Shown: positions 46,536 through 57,300 of the stretch, one piece after another
Layout of the letters: the number at the start of each line of letters is the position of its first letter
Position numbering within the stretch: position 1 is the first letter of the stretch
Source of the DNA: Luteibacter yeojuensis
GTDB lineage: Bacteria; Pseudomonadota; Gammaproteobacteria; Xanthomonadales; Rhodanobacteraceae
Direction of reading: 5' to 3'
DNA length: 64,000 nt
NCBI RefSeq assembly: GCF_000964085.1
Contig: NZ_JZRB01000029.1
Coordinates: 36,397-100,396 of the forward strand
The notes under the pieces: model-generated
The model's database searches: none
The model's input: only the letters and a program-made list of their open reading frames with translations
What the model was told of the DNA's origin: nothing
Position numbers and translations under genes: made by a program

Positions 46536-47716
46536 GGGAGAACCCGCGGCTGCAGGCGGTGCGTGCCGTGCGCCAGGAACTGGCCACGCTGGGCATCGAC
46601 CCGTTCGGCACCCAGATCGACGAGATCATCACCCCAACCGAAGGGCTGATCCACGGGCGCCGCACCATCCTCGCCGGCACCAACAACTACCTCGGGCTCA
46701 CGTTCGACGCCGATACCATCGGCGCGGCGCGCGAGGCGCTGGACCACGCGGGCACGGGCACCACGGGCTCGCGCATGGCCAACGGCAGCTACGCCGGCCA
46801 CCGTGCGCTCGAGACCGAGCTGGCCGAGTACTACGGCAAGCGCGACGGCATCGTGTTCTCCACGGGCTACCAGGCCAACCTGGGCATGATCTCGGCGCTG
46901 GCCGGCCCGGGCGATACGGTGATGATCGACGCCGACAGCCACGCCAGCATCTACGATGGCTGCAAGCTGAGCGGCGCCGACACCATCCGCTTCCGCCACA
47001 ACGACGCCGCCGACCTGGGCAAGCGCCTGCGCCGCCTTGGCGACAAGGCCGCCGGCACGCTGGTGGTGGTCGAGGGCGTGTACAGCATGCTCGGCGATCG
47101 CGCGCCGCTGCGCGAATTCGTCGACGTGGCGAAGCAGTACGGTGCCGTGCTGATGGTCGACGAGGCCCACTCGCTGGGCGTGCTCGGCGCGAAGGGCCGC
47201 GGCGTGGCCGAAGAAGCCGGCGTGCTCGACGAGGTGGATTACATCGTCGGCACCTTCAGCAAGAGCCTCGGCAACACCGGCGGCTTCTGCGTGGGCGATT
47301 CGGCCGACATGGACGTGCTGCGCTACGCCAGCCGCCCCTACGTGTTCACCGCCTCGCTGCCGCCGGCGACCATCGCCGCGACGCGCCAGGCGCTGCGCAA
47401 GCTGGCCGCGGCGGACGACCTCCGCCAGCGCCTGCGCGAGAACGCCGAACGCCTGCATGCCGGCCTGGCGAAGCTGGGCTTCCGCCTCGGCGCGGCCCCC
47501 AATGCCGTCGTCGCCGTGCTGGCGGGCGAGAAGCTCGAGGCCCTGCGCTTCTGGGACCACCTGCTGAAGCAGGGCGTGTACGTGAACGTGATGGTGCCGC
47601 CGGCCACGCCCAGCGACGAATCCCTGCTCCGCTGCAGCGTCAGCGCCGCCCACACCCCGGCGCAGATCGACGCCATTTGCGCCGCGTTTGCCAGCTGGCC
47701 GGGCGCGAGAGTGTAA
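46532..47716 (+). CDS. Serine palmitoyltransferase-like α-oxoamine synthase, PLP-dependent.
   Basis: 'GTFSKSLG' is the PLP lysine. It is a 394 aa protein with the AOS-family layout (BioF/KBL/Spt). Its context with ACP, acyl-ACP synthetase and SDR favours Spt. Confidence 0.7.
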   Translation: MRENPRLQAVRAVRQELATLGIDPFGTQIDEIITPTEGLIHGRRTILAGTNNYLGLTFDADTIGAAREALDHAGTGTTGSRMANGSYAGHRALETELAEYYGKRDGIVFSTGYQANLGMISALAGPGDTVMIDADSHASIYDGCKLSGADTIRFRHNDAADLGKRLRRLGDKAAGTLVVVEGVYSMLGDRAPLREFVDVAKQYGAVLMVDEAHSLGVLGAKGRGVAEEAGVLDEVDYIVGTFSKSLGNTGGFCVGDSADMDVLRYASRPYVFTASLPPATIAATRQALRKLAAADDLRQRLRENAERLHAGLAKLGFRLGAAPNAVVAVLAGEKLEALRFWDHLLKQGVYVNVMVPPATPSDESLLRCSVSAAHTPAQIDAICAAFASWPGARV

Positions 47717-47744
47717 TAACCATGGTCCACGCCGCGATCCGACG

Positions 47745-49082
47745 ATGAAGCACTGGTTCTCCGACGGCGCGTTCCGCGCCATCGTGCGCAACGCGACTTA
47801 CCTGGGTTCGAGCAACGTCATTGGCGCGCTGCTCGGCCTGCTTGCGCTCGCGTGCGCGGGCCGGGCCATGACGCCCGAGCTGTTCGGCACCCTTGTGGTG
47901 GTGCAGGCCTACGCCAAGAGCGTCAGCGATTTCGTCAAGTTCCAGACCTGGCAGTTTGTCGTCCAGTTCGGCACCCCCGCCCTCGCCCACCGCGACCTCG
48001 GCCGCTTCCGCGACGTAGCCAGTTTCTCGTTCGGCCTGGACCTCGCCAGTGGCGTCATCGCCATGGTCGGCGGCATGGCCCTGCTGCCGCTGCTGGGCCA
48101 TGCGGTGGGCATCACGCCGCAGGATTTCTGGTGGGCGCTGGGCTACTGCACGCTCATCCCCACGATGACCGCGGCGACGCCCACCGGCATACTGCGCGCC
48201 ATCGACCGCTTCGACCTCATCGCCGTACAGCAGGGCATCACGCCGTTCCTGCGCGCCATCGGCAGCGTCATCGCCTACTACGGCCACCTCGGTTTCCCGG
48301 GTTTTATCGCCACGTGGTATGTCTCGAGCCTGGCGGGCGACGGCACGCTGTGGTGGTTCGCGGTGCGCGAACTGCGCCGCCAGGATATCCACCATGCGTT
48401 GCGCCCGGGCCTGTTCGGCGTGGCGCGCCGCATCAAGGGCGCGTGGGATTTCGTCTGGACCACCAACTTCGCGCACTCGATCTGGTCGGCGCGCAACGCG
48501 GGCACCAACGTGCTCGTGGGCATCGTGCTGGGCCCGGCCGCCGCGGGTGTGTTCAAGGTGGCGCTGACCTTCTTCGATGCCGCCGGCACGCCGGCCTCGC
48601 TGATGCAGAAAAGCTTCTACCCCGAGGTGCGCCGCCTCGACCCCACCACCACGCGCCCGTGGAAGCTCGGCCTGCGCTCGGCGGCGCTCGCCGGCGGCCT
48701 GGGCATCCTCGTCGCGTTGCTGGTCATCCTGGTGGGCAAGCCACTCATCGGCGGCGTGTTCGGCAAGCAATACCTCGAGGCGTACGACATCCTCCAGGTG
48801 ATGTCCGCCGCGCTGGTCGTCTCCATGGCCGGCTTCCCGCTCGAATCGCTGCTCTACATCGCCAGCCGCCAGCGTGCCGCGCTGGTGGCCCAGGCCCTCG
48901 CCGCCGTGGTGTACGTCGTGCTGCTGGTCGCCCTCGCCCACGCCATGGGCATCATGGGCGCCGCCATCGCGTACTTCGCGGGCCAGTGCCTCGAGGCCGG
49001 CTTCTCGCTCATACCCACGGTGGCCGCCTACCGGCGGCGCCACACGCTGTCGTACTACTCGCCCGGGGAGGCCCGCCCATGA
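47745..49082 (+). CDS. Polytopic membrane protein, Wzx/MurJ-like oligosaccharide or lipid flippase family (MOP superfamily).
   Basis: About 12 hydrophobic helices and 445 aa. ATG at 47745. Confidence 0.5.
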   Translation: MKHWFSDGAFRAIVRNATYLGSSNVIGALLGLLALACAGRAMTPELFGTLVVVQAYAKSVSDFVKFQTWQFVVQFGTPALAHRDLGRFRDVASFSFGLDLASGVIAMVGGMALLPLLGHAVGITPQDFWWALGYCTLIPTMTAATPTGILRAIDRFDLIAVQQGITPFLRAIGSVIAYYGHLGFPGFIATWYVSSLAGDGTLWWFAVRELRRQDIHHALRPGLFGVARRIKGAWDFVWTTNFAHSIWSARNAGTNVLVGIVLGPAAAGVFKVALTFFDAAGTPASLMQKSFYPEVRRLDPTTTRPWKLGLRSAALAGGLGILVALLVILVGKPLIGGVFGKQYLEAYDILQVMSAALVVSMAGFPLESLLYIASRQRAALVAQALAAVVYVVLLVALAHAMGIMGAAIAYFAGQCLEAGFSLIPTVAAYRRRHTLSYYSPGEARP

Positions 49083-49918
49083 ACGCGTACCAGGGCCTTC
49101 GCTGGCAACGGTTCCCGAAAGAAACGCTGCGCCGCCTGTTCGACGCCGTGGACACCGACGATGTGGTCGATGCCCACACCGCGCTGCCCGACCCCATCGT
49201 CCTGGCGTGCCCGCAGGAATGGATCGAGCGCTGCTACGCCCTGTGCCTGCAGTTCTGGGAAGACGGCTTCACCCGCGCCGAGCTGCTCCAGCTCGTGGAG
49301 AAACTGCTGCGCAACGAAGGCCTCAGCGCCGATGAGCGCCTGCAGTACAAGCACATCCGCGCCCGCTACAAGCACCTGCGCTTCGCGCAGCGCCTGTACG
49401 GCAAGCACCACCGGTCGGGCTTCGTGTTCGACCTCACCACGCGGGTGATGGGCCACCTGCAGGATGCGTTCCGCGGCGGCAACCGCGGCGGCGTGGTGCG
49501 CCAGGGCCTGAAGCTGAAGCTGCTGCTCTCGCGGCCGGTGTGGCGCATGGTGCGCCGCGGCCTCGTCAACACGGTGCTCGACGACGAGGCCGGCTTCGTC
49601 GCGTTCCAGCAGGCCGAGATGCGCCGGTTGCGCAAGGCCATGGTGCGCACCTCGTTCGCCGGCGACCAGTTCCACACCGTGCGCAAGATCGTCAGCATGC
49701 AGGTGTCGTACTACGACACGCTGCGCTCGTTCGGCCCGAACGAGCACGCGTTCCGCATGTCACGCTTCCTCGCGGCCATCAACGGCCTCATGGGCTACCG
49801 CCATGACGAGATGGTGGCCGACGACATGTCGGGGCGGCGCGACTACAACACGCCCACGCCGCTGGCCACGCAGACGCGGACGCGCATCGAAACCCTTATC
49901 GCGCACTACCCGCTCTAG
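49079..49918 (+). CDS. Hypothetical protein of 279 aa, the last gene of the lipid operon.
   Basis: ATGA overlap with the flippase stop. It is Arg-rich and helical, with no recognised motif. Confidence 0.45.
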   Translation: MNAYQGLRWQRFPKETLRRLFDAVDTDDVVDAHTALPDPIVLACPQEWIERCYALCLQFWEDGFTRAELLQLVEKLLRNEGLSADERLQYKHIRARYKHLRFAQRLYGKHHRSGFVFDLTTRVMGHLQDAFRGGNRGGVVRQGLKLKLLLSRPVWRMVRRGLVNTVLDDEAGFVAFQQAEMRRLRKAMVRTSFAGDQFHTVRKIVSMQVSYYDTLRSFGPNEHAFRMSRFLAAINGLMGYRHDEMVADDMSGRRDYNTPTPLATQTRTRIETLIAHYPL

Positions 49919-51231
49919 GGCTGCCAGCCGCCACCCAGGGCCAGGATGAGGTCCACGCTGGCGCCGAGGCGCCGGCGGCGCAGCTCGAAGTCCCCACGGC
50001 CTGCCGTAACCGCGGCATTGGCGGCATCGACCACGGTGGTGTAATCGGCCACGCCCTCGCGGTACTGGTTCTGCACGACGCGATCGGATTCGGCCGCGGC
50101 CGCCGCGGCTTTCGCTTGCAGCTCCGCGGCGCTTGCCAGGGTCGAGGTATCGACGAGGCCATCCTCCACTTCGCGGTAGGCGTCGAGCACCGTCTGCCGG
50201 TAATTGGCCACGGCTTCGTCGTATGCGGCGTTGGCGTGCTGCTCGTTGCCCTCGAGGCGGCCACCGGCGAACAGCGGTGCCTTCGCGTCCACGGTGCCGG
50301 TCGGGCCCCGGCGCACGCCGATGCCGGCCGCAAGGCTGATCGACGGCAGGGTCTGCGCCTTGGCGACGCCACGGCCCGCGCTGGCGGCGGCCATGCGCCG
50401 TTCGCTGGCCACCACGTCAGGGCGGCGTTCGAGCAGCGTGGCCGGCACGCCCGCGGGGATCTCGGGCACGGCCGTATCGAACGGCGCGGGGGCGATCGTA
50501 AATGACTCCGGTGGCTGGCCCAGCATCACGGCGATGGCATGCTCGAGCTTGGCGCGCGCGCTGCGCGCATCGGCCAGCTGCAGCTGCGCATTGCTCGCGC
50601 GCACCAGCGCGTCGGCCACGTTGGCGCGGGAGACCTGGCCCTGCGCGTACTGGTTCTGCGCCATCTCGTGCCACTTCAGGCCCGCCTCGGCGGCGTGCTC
50701 GAGCAGCGGCAGCGCCGCGTCCTCGGCCCGCAGCGCGAAGTAGCTCTGCACCACGCGCGCCTGCATCGACAGCGTGGCACCGGCGAGGTCCGCACTGCTT
50801 GCCTGCGCGAGCGCGCGATGGGCTTCGACATCGCGGCGGATGCGGCCCCACAGGTCGAGGTCCCAGCTCACGCCGACGCCGAAGTCGTTCTCGTTGCGGC
50901 GGCCGGATTTGAGCGAGCCCAGGCCCACCTCGGGGTACGCGGCGCCCTGCGCTTCCTTCACCAGCGCATCGGCCTCGCGCACGCGCGCGGCCGCGGCGGC
51001 AAGCGACGGGTTGTTCACGGCCACCTGGGCGACCAGGGCATCGAGTGCCGGGTCGTGGTAGATGGCCCACCACGTGCCCGCGGGTAGCGGCGTCGCGGTG
51101 GCCGCGGCCTGCGCTTCCTTGAACGCGGCGGGCGTCGCGACGCCCGGCCGCACATAGTCGGGGCCGACCGTGCAGGCGCCGAGCGCGACGACCGAGCCGG
51201 CCACCAGCCAGGGGCGGAGGAAGGTCTTCAT
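49915..51231 (-). CDS. RND efflux outer-membrane lipoprotein, NodT/OprM family.
   Basis: The lipobox 'VVALGAC' and OEP repeats. It overlaps the upstream pump gene by 4 bp. Confidence 0.75.
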   Translation of the reverse strand: MKTFLRPWLVAGSVVALGACTVGPDYVRPGVATPAAFKEAQAAATATPLPAGTWWAIYHDPALDALVAQVAVNNPSLAAAAARVREADALVKEAQGAAYPEVGLGSLKSGRRNENDFGVGVSWDLDLWGRIRRDVEAHRALAQASSADLAGATLSMQARVVQSYFALRAEDAALPLLEHAAEAGLKWHEMAQNQYAQGQVSRANVADALVRASNAQLQLADARSARAKLEHAIAVMLGQPPESFTIAPAPFDTAVPEIPAGVPATLLERRPDVVASERRMAAASAGRGVAKAQTLPSISLAAGIGVRRGPTGTVDAKAPLFAGGRLEGNEQHANAAYDEAVANYRQTVLDAYREVEDGLVDTSTLASAAELQAKAAAAAAESDRVVQNQYREGVADYTTVVDAANAAVTAGRGDFELRRRRLGASVDLILALGGGWQP

Positions 51232-54200
51232 GCGGGGCGGCGGGCGCCGGACTGCTGCAGCCATTGGCTTGTCCATCTGCTGAAACGATCAAGGTAGAGG
51301 TACACCACCGGCGTGGTGTAAAGGGTGAGGAGCTGGCTCACCACCAGGCCACCGCCCATGGCGATGCCCAGGGGCTGGTGCATCTCGGCGCCGTTGCCGC
51401 GCGAGACCGCGAGCGGCACGGCGGCCACCATCACCGCCAGCGTGGTCATCAGGATGGGCCGGAAGCGCAGGCGGCACGCTTCCTGGATGGCCTCCAGCGG
51501 TGCCAGGCGGCCGTCGCGGCTCGCCACCAGGGCGAAGTCCACCATCATGATGGCGTTCTTCATGACGATGCCGGTGAGCGCGAAGATGCCGACAAGGGCG
51601 ATCACGTCCAGGTCGGTGCCGAACAGCAGCAGCGCGAACACCGCGCCCACCGCCGCCGAAGGCAAGGTCGAGAGGATGGTCACCGGGTGCATGCAGCTCT
51701 CGTAGAGGATGCCGAGCACGATGAACAGCGTCAGGAAGGCGGCCACGATGAGCGCTGGCTCGCTGTCCGCCACCTGGCGCGCCGCGCCGGCCGAACCCTG
51801 GAAGCTGCCACGCACCGCGCTCGGCACCGCGAGCGACCCCACGGCACGTTCGATGGCCTGCGAGGCCCTGGCCAGCGAAACCCCGGGCGCACGGTCGAAC
51901 GACACGGTCGCGGCGACAGCCTGCCCGTAGTGCGCGATATCCAGCGGCGTGTCGAAGGCACGCACGCTGCCGACGGCGAGCAGCGGCACGCTGCCACCCC
52001 CGGCCGCGGGCACGCGCAGCGCGTCGAACGCCTGCGCCGAACGCGCCTGCCCGGCGGCGACACCCATCAGCACGGGCACCTGGTCGGCGGCCGTGAACAC
52101 GGTCGCGACGCGGCGGTCGGCGAAGGCGTCGTGCAGCACCCCGTCGATGCCGGCCACCGTGAGGCCGGCCAGCGCAGCGGCGTCACGGTCGATGTCGATG
52201 GAGGTGGCGGCACCCGTGGCGCCTGCGCCGCCATGCACGTTGCGCAGCTCGGGCAGGCGTGCCATGGCCTCGACGATGCGCGGCGCCCACTGGCGCAGCA
52301 ATGCCGCGGAATCAGCCTGGATGGTGTACTCGCTGGAGGCGCGGCTGCGGCGGCCACCCACGCGGATGTTCTGCACCGAGGTGACGGTGGCGACGCCCCC
52401 TGCCCCCCCGGCGAGTTTCTGGTTTAGGCGCGCGGCGACATCGTCGGCGCTGGCATCGCGCTCGCCGACCGGCTTCAGGGTGACGAATAACGAGCCCTCG
52501 CCCCCTTCGAGGTAGCCGCCCACGGCGCCCACGGCGGGGTCGGCGCGCACGGTGGCGACGAAGCGCGCGAAGCCTGCCTTCGCCACGTCGAAGGCGGCGC
52601 TGCCGCCCGCGTCGAAGTCACCCGTCAGCTCGCCGGTATCCTGGCGCGGGAAGAAGCCCTTCGGCACCACGACATAGAGCCACACGCTGAGCACGATGAC
52701 GCCCAGCAACGAAAGCATCGTGAGTGGCGCGTGGCGAAGGGCCCGCGCCAGCGAGCGCATGTAGGCCGCCTGCAGGCGCGCGAGTGTGTCGTTGACCCGG
52801 CGGAACACCAGGCCATGCGCGGGCGTGGCACGCGACGGGCGCAGCCACAGGGCGCAGGCCATGGGCACGACGGTGAGCGAGACCACCAGCGAGACGGCGA
52901 TGACGGTGGCGATGGTGACCGAGAATTCGCGGACGAACAGGCCCACGTACCCGCCCATGAACAGCAGCGGGATGAAGACGGCGATGAGCACCGCGCTCAT
53001 CGAGACGACCGTGAGCCCCACCTCGCCGGCGCCGATGCGCGCGGCATCCCGCGGCGGCACGCCCGCCTCGAGGTGGCGGGCGATGTTCTCGACCACCACG
53101 ACGGCATCATCGACGGCAAAGCCCACGGCGATGGTCAGCGCCATCAGCGAGAGGATATCGAGGCTGTAGCCCAGCGCCTGCATCACCACCATGGCGCCGA
53201 GCAGCGCGATGGGCGCGACGGCGCTGGCAATGAGCGCGGCGCGCCAGTCGCGCAGGAAAACCAGCATGACGACCACCACCAGCACCACGGCCAGGGCCAG
53301 CGTGTGCTCCGCGGAACGCAGCGAGGCCCGCACGGTGGTGGCACGGTCGACGATGACACCCACGTGCATGTCGCCCGGCAGCGACGCGCGCAGCGCGGGC
53401 AGGCGCTGCGTGACGCCGTCGATCACGGCGATGGTGTTCGCCCCCGGCTTGTGCCGCACCAGGGCCAGCACCGCCGGTTCGCCGTTGGCGACGCCGAGCG
53501 TGCGCGGGTCGCGCACATCGTCCGCCACGCTCGCGATATCGCCCAGGCGCACGCTGGCGCCACCGTGGTGGGCGACGACCAGGCCGCGGAAGGCCTGCGC
53601 CGAATCGAGCTGGCCGTTCATGGCCACCTGCAACGCGCGGCCACCGGCCTCGACCACGCCGGTGGGGGTATGCGTGACGGCACCGCCCACGGCGCGGCGC
53701 ACGTCGGCGAACGACACGCCGCGCTGGTCCATCGCCGCCGGGTCCAGGGCGATGCGGAACGCGGGTACCGAGCTGCCGACGAGTTCCACGTCGCCGACGC
53801 CGTCGACCTGGGCCAGCGCCTGCGTGAACGTCGTGGACGCCACCGCGTACATCTGCGCGGGCGTGGCCTGCCGCGACGTCAGCGACAGCACCAGCACCGG
53901 CGCGTCGGCCGAGCTCACTTCGCGGTAGGCCGGGCTGCCGGCCATGTCCGGCGGCAGGTCGCCGCGCGCGGCGTTGAGCGCCGCCTGCACGTCGCGTGCG
54001 GCACCCACGCTGCTGCGCGAGAGATCGAAGGCCAGGCGGATATCGGTCTGCCCCGCCGTGTTCACCGAGGTCATCTCGGTGAGCCCCGCGATGCGCCCCA
54101 GCGAGCGCTCGAGCGGGGTCGCCACGGCGGCCACCATCGTCGCGGGGCTCGCGCCAGGCAGCGACGCCGAGACCTTGATGGTCGGCACGTTCACTTCAGG

Positions 54201-54311
54201 CATCGAGGCGATGGGCAGCAGGCGCCACGCCACCGCACCGGCGATCACCAGGCCCAGGCACAGCAGCGTCGTCGCCACCGGCCGGTCGATGAACAGCCGC
54301 GAGAGGTTCAC
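51228..54311 (-). CDS. mdtC: RND multidrug efflux permease, MdtC-like.
   Basis: 'MNLSRLFIDRPVATTLL' and 1027 aa. Confidence 0.8.
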   Translation of the reverse strand: MNLSRLFIDRPVATTLLCLGLVIAGAVAWRLLPIASMPEVNVPTIKVSASLPGASPATMVAAVATPLERSLGRIAGLTEMTSVNTAGQTDIRLAFDLSRSSVGAARDVQAALNAARGDLPPDMAGSPAYREVSSADAPVLVLSLTSRQATPAQMYAVASTTFTQALAQVDGVGDVELVGSSVPAFRIALDPAAMDQRGVSFADVRRAVGGAVTHTPTGVVEAGGRALQVAMNGQLDSAQAFRGLVVAHHGGASVRLGDIASVADDVRDPRTLGVANGEPAVLALVRHKPGANTIAVIDGVTQRLPALRASLPGDMHVGVIVDRATTVRASLRSAEHTLALAVVLVVVVMLVFLRDWRAALIASAVAPIALLGAMVVMQALGYSLDILSLMALTIAVGFAVDDAVVVVENIARHLEAGVPPRDAARIGAGEVGLTVVSMSAVLIAVFIPLLFMGGYVGLFVREFSVTIATVIAVSLVVSLTVVPMACALWLRPSRATPAHGLVFRRVNDTLARLQAAYMRSLARALRHAPLTMLSLLGVIVLSVWLYVVVPKGFFPRQDTGELTGDFDAGGSAAFDVAKAGFARFVATVRADPAVGAVGGYLEGGEGSLFVTLKPVGERDASADDVAARLNQKLAGGAGGVATVTSVQNIRVGGRRSRASSEYTIQADSAALLRQWAPRIVEAMARLPELRNVHGGAGATGAATSIDIDRDAAALAGLTVAGIDGVLHDAFADRRVATVFTAADQVPVLMGVAAGQARSAQAFDALRVPAAGGGSVPLLAVGSVRAFDTPLDIAHYGQAVAATVSFDRAPGVSLARASQAIERAVGSLAVPSAVRGSFQGSAGAARQVADSEPALIVAAFLTLFIVLGILYESCMHPVTILSTLPSAAVGAVFALLLFGTDLDVIALVGIFALTGIVMKNAIMMVDFALVASRDGRLAPLEAIQEACRLRFRPILMTTLAVMVAAVPLAVSRGNGAEMHQPLGIAMGGGLVVSQLLTLYTTPVVYLYLDRFSRWTSQWLQQSGARRPA

Positions 54312-57300
54312 GGCGCGGCCCTGCCCTGGCGGCGCGCATGCAGCACGCGCTCGAACGCGAGGTAGATGACCGGCGTGGTGAACAGGGTCAGCAGCTGGCT
54401 CACCACCAGGCCCCAGAACACGCCCACGCCCAGCGGGTGGCGCAGCTCGGCGCCCATGCCGCCGCCCAGCATGAGCGGCAGCGCGCCGACCATGGCCGCG
54501 AGCGTGGTCATGATGATGGGCCGGAAGCGCAGCAGGCTGGCCTGCACGATGGCGTCGCGCGGGCTGAGCCCCTGGCGGCGCTGCGCATCGATGGCGAAAT
54601 CGATGAGCATGATCGCGTTCTTCTGCACGATGCCGATAAGCAGGATCACGCCGATGAGGGAGATCACGTCGAGCTCGAAGCCGCCGATCAGCAGCGCCAG
54701 CAGCGCGCCGATGGCCGCCGGCGGCAGCGTGGAGAGGATGGTCAGCGGGTGGATGAAGCTCTCGTAGAGCACGCCCAGCACGATGTAGACGGTGATAAGC
54801 GTCGCCAGGATGAGCCAGGCCTGGCCCTGCCGTGACGCCGCGAAGGCCTCGGCCGCGCCCTGCCAGCGCAACTGCACGTTATCAGGCAGCTTCATGCCGC
54901 GCCGCGCGCCGTCGACCACCTTCATGGCACCGCCCAGCGACGTGCCACCAGCGAGATCGAACGACACCATGGCCGACGGCACCTGGTCGAGGCGCGTGAC
55001 GATGAGCGGCGCCGTGCGCTCGCTGACACTGGCGATGGACGTGAGCGGCACGAGCGTGGCCGCGCCGTCGTCGGCCTTGCCCGGCACGTACACGCCGTTC
55101 ATGGCCGACGCGGCGTCGCCAGCCGCGGGCTGCGCCTCGAGGACCACCCGGCGGGGATGGGGCAGCGACAGCAACGAGCCGACCTGGCGCTGGCCGAAGG
55201 CGTCGTACAACGCATCGCCCACGGCCGCCGCGGTGATGCCGTAGCGGCTGGCCAGGTCCTGGTCCACGTCGACGTAAAGCTGCAGGCCGCGATCCTGCTG
55301 GTCGGTGGCGACATGGCCGAGCGCGCCTTCGCGGCCCAGCCGCTCGACCACCCTGGGCACCGCGGCGGCCAGCTGCGCGGGATCGGCGCTTTCCAGCGAA
55401 AAGACATACTGGCCGCGGCTCACGCGGTCGTCCAGGGTCAGCTCGGGCACGGGTTGCAGGTGGAGGCTGATGCCCCCTACCTTCCGCGCCGCTTCGTCGA
55501 GGCGCCGGATAACCGCGCCGGCGCGGTCGCGCTCGCTGAGCGGCTTCAGGTGCACCAGCAGTTCACCGGTGTTGGGTGCCGCCGCGCCGCCCGTGCCGCC
55601 GATGAACGAGGCGACGCCCGCCACGGCGGGATCCTTGCGGATGGCCTCGGCCAGCGCACGCTGGCGCTGGCCCATGGCCTGGAACGACACGCCCGGCGCC
55701 GCCTGCGCGATGCCCTGCAGGTCGCCGCTATCCTGCGCGGGGAACAGGCCGCGCGGCATCACCACGAACAACACGATGGCGAGCACGGTCATGCCGCCGA
55801 CGAGCAGCAAGGTGGCCGGCTGCCGCGCGAGCACCCACGCCAGGCCGCGCTCGTAGCGCGCCAGGATGCCGTCCACCCACGTGCGGCGGCCGGGCACGGC
55901 ATGGCCCTCGGCGTTGGCCAGCGGCTTGCGCAGCAGGCGCGCGCACATCATCGGCGTGAGCGTCAGCGACACCACGCCGGAAATGAGGATGGCCACGGCC
56001 AGGGTCACCGCGAACTCGCGGAACAGCCGGCCCACCAGGCCACCCATGAACAGCAGCGGGATCAGCACCGCGACGAGCGAGACGGTGAGCGACACGATGG
56101 TGAACGCGATCTGCCGCGAGCCCGCGAGCGCCGCGGCCAGCGGTGTTTCGCCCGCTTCGATATAGCGCGAGATGTTCTCGATCATGACGATGGCGTCGTC
56201 GACCATGAAGCCCGTGGCCACGATCAGCGCCATGAGGGTGAGGTTGTTGATCGAGAAACCGGCCAGGTACATCACCGCGAACGTGCCGATGAGCGACAAT
56301 GGCACCACCACGCCCGGGATGATCGTGGCCGCGCCACCGCCCAGGAACGCGTAGATGACCAGCACCACGAGCACGACGGCGAACAGCAGTTCCACCTGCA
56401 CGTCGCGGACGGCCGCGCGGACGGTTTCGGTGCGATCGGTGACCACGGCCACGTCGACGGCCGCGGGCAGCGTCGTCTTCAACTGCGGCAGCACGCGCTG
56501 GATGCGGTCGACCACGTCGACGACGTTGGCGCCCGGCTGGCGGCGGATGCGCAGCACGATGGCCGGGGCGCCATCGGTCCACGCACCCACGCGCGCATCT
56601 TCCGCGCCATCGCTGACGCGCGCGACATCGCCCAGGCGCACCACGGCGCCCTCGTGGTGGCCGACCACGAGGGCGCGGAACCCCTCCACCGTGTCTACCG
56701 GGTGGTTCAGCGCGATAGCCGAGGAGCGCTCCGGGCCCTCGAGCGTGCCCTTGGCCTGGTTCGAGTTGGCGGCGCGGATGGCTTCGCGCACGTCGCCCAG
56801 CGACATGTCGTGCGAGCGCAGCCGGATCGGGTCGGCCTGCACCACCACGGCGGGCTGCTGGCCGCCGTCGATGCCGACCAGGCCGACGCCGCCCACCTGC
56901 GAGAGCTTTGGCACAAGGCGCGTTTCCGCCAGTTCGCGCACGGTGCGCAGCGGCAGCGTGGGCGAGGTGAGCGCGAGCGTCATCACCGGCGCGTCGGCGG
57001 GGTTCACCTTGCGGTAGATGGGCGGCTGCGCCACGTCCGGCGGCAGCAGCGGCGTCGCCGCGTTCAGGGCCGCCTGCACTTCCTGTTCGGCCACGTCCAG
57101 CGGCAAGTCGAGGTTGAAGCGCAGCGTGATGCTCGATGCGCCCGGCGCGCTCGTCGATGCCATCTGGCCAAGGCCCGGCATCTGGCCGAGCTGGCGTTCC
57201 AGCGGCGCCGTGATCGATGTGGCCACCACCTGGGGGCTGGCGCCCGGGTATGTCGTGGCCACTTCGATCGTGGGGAAGTCGACCTCGGGCAGTGCCGAGA

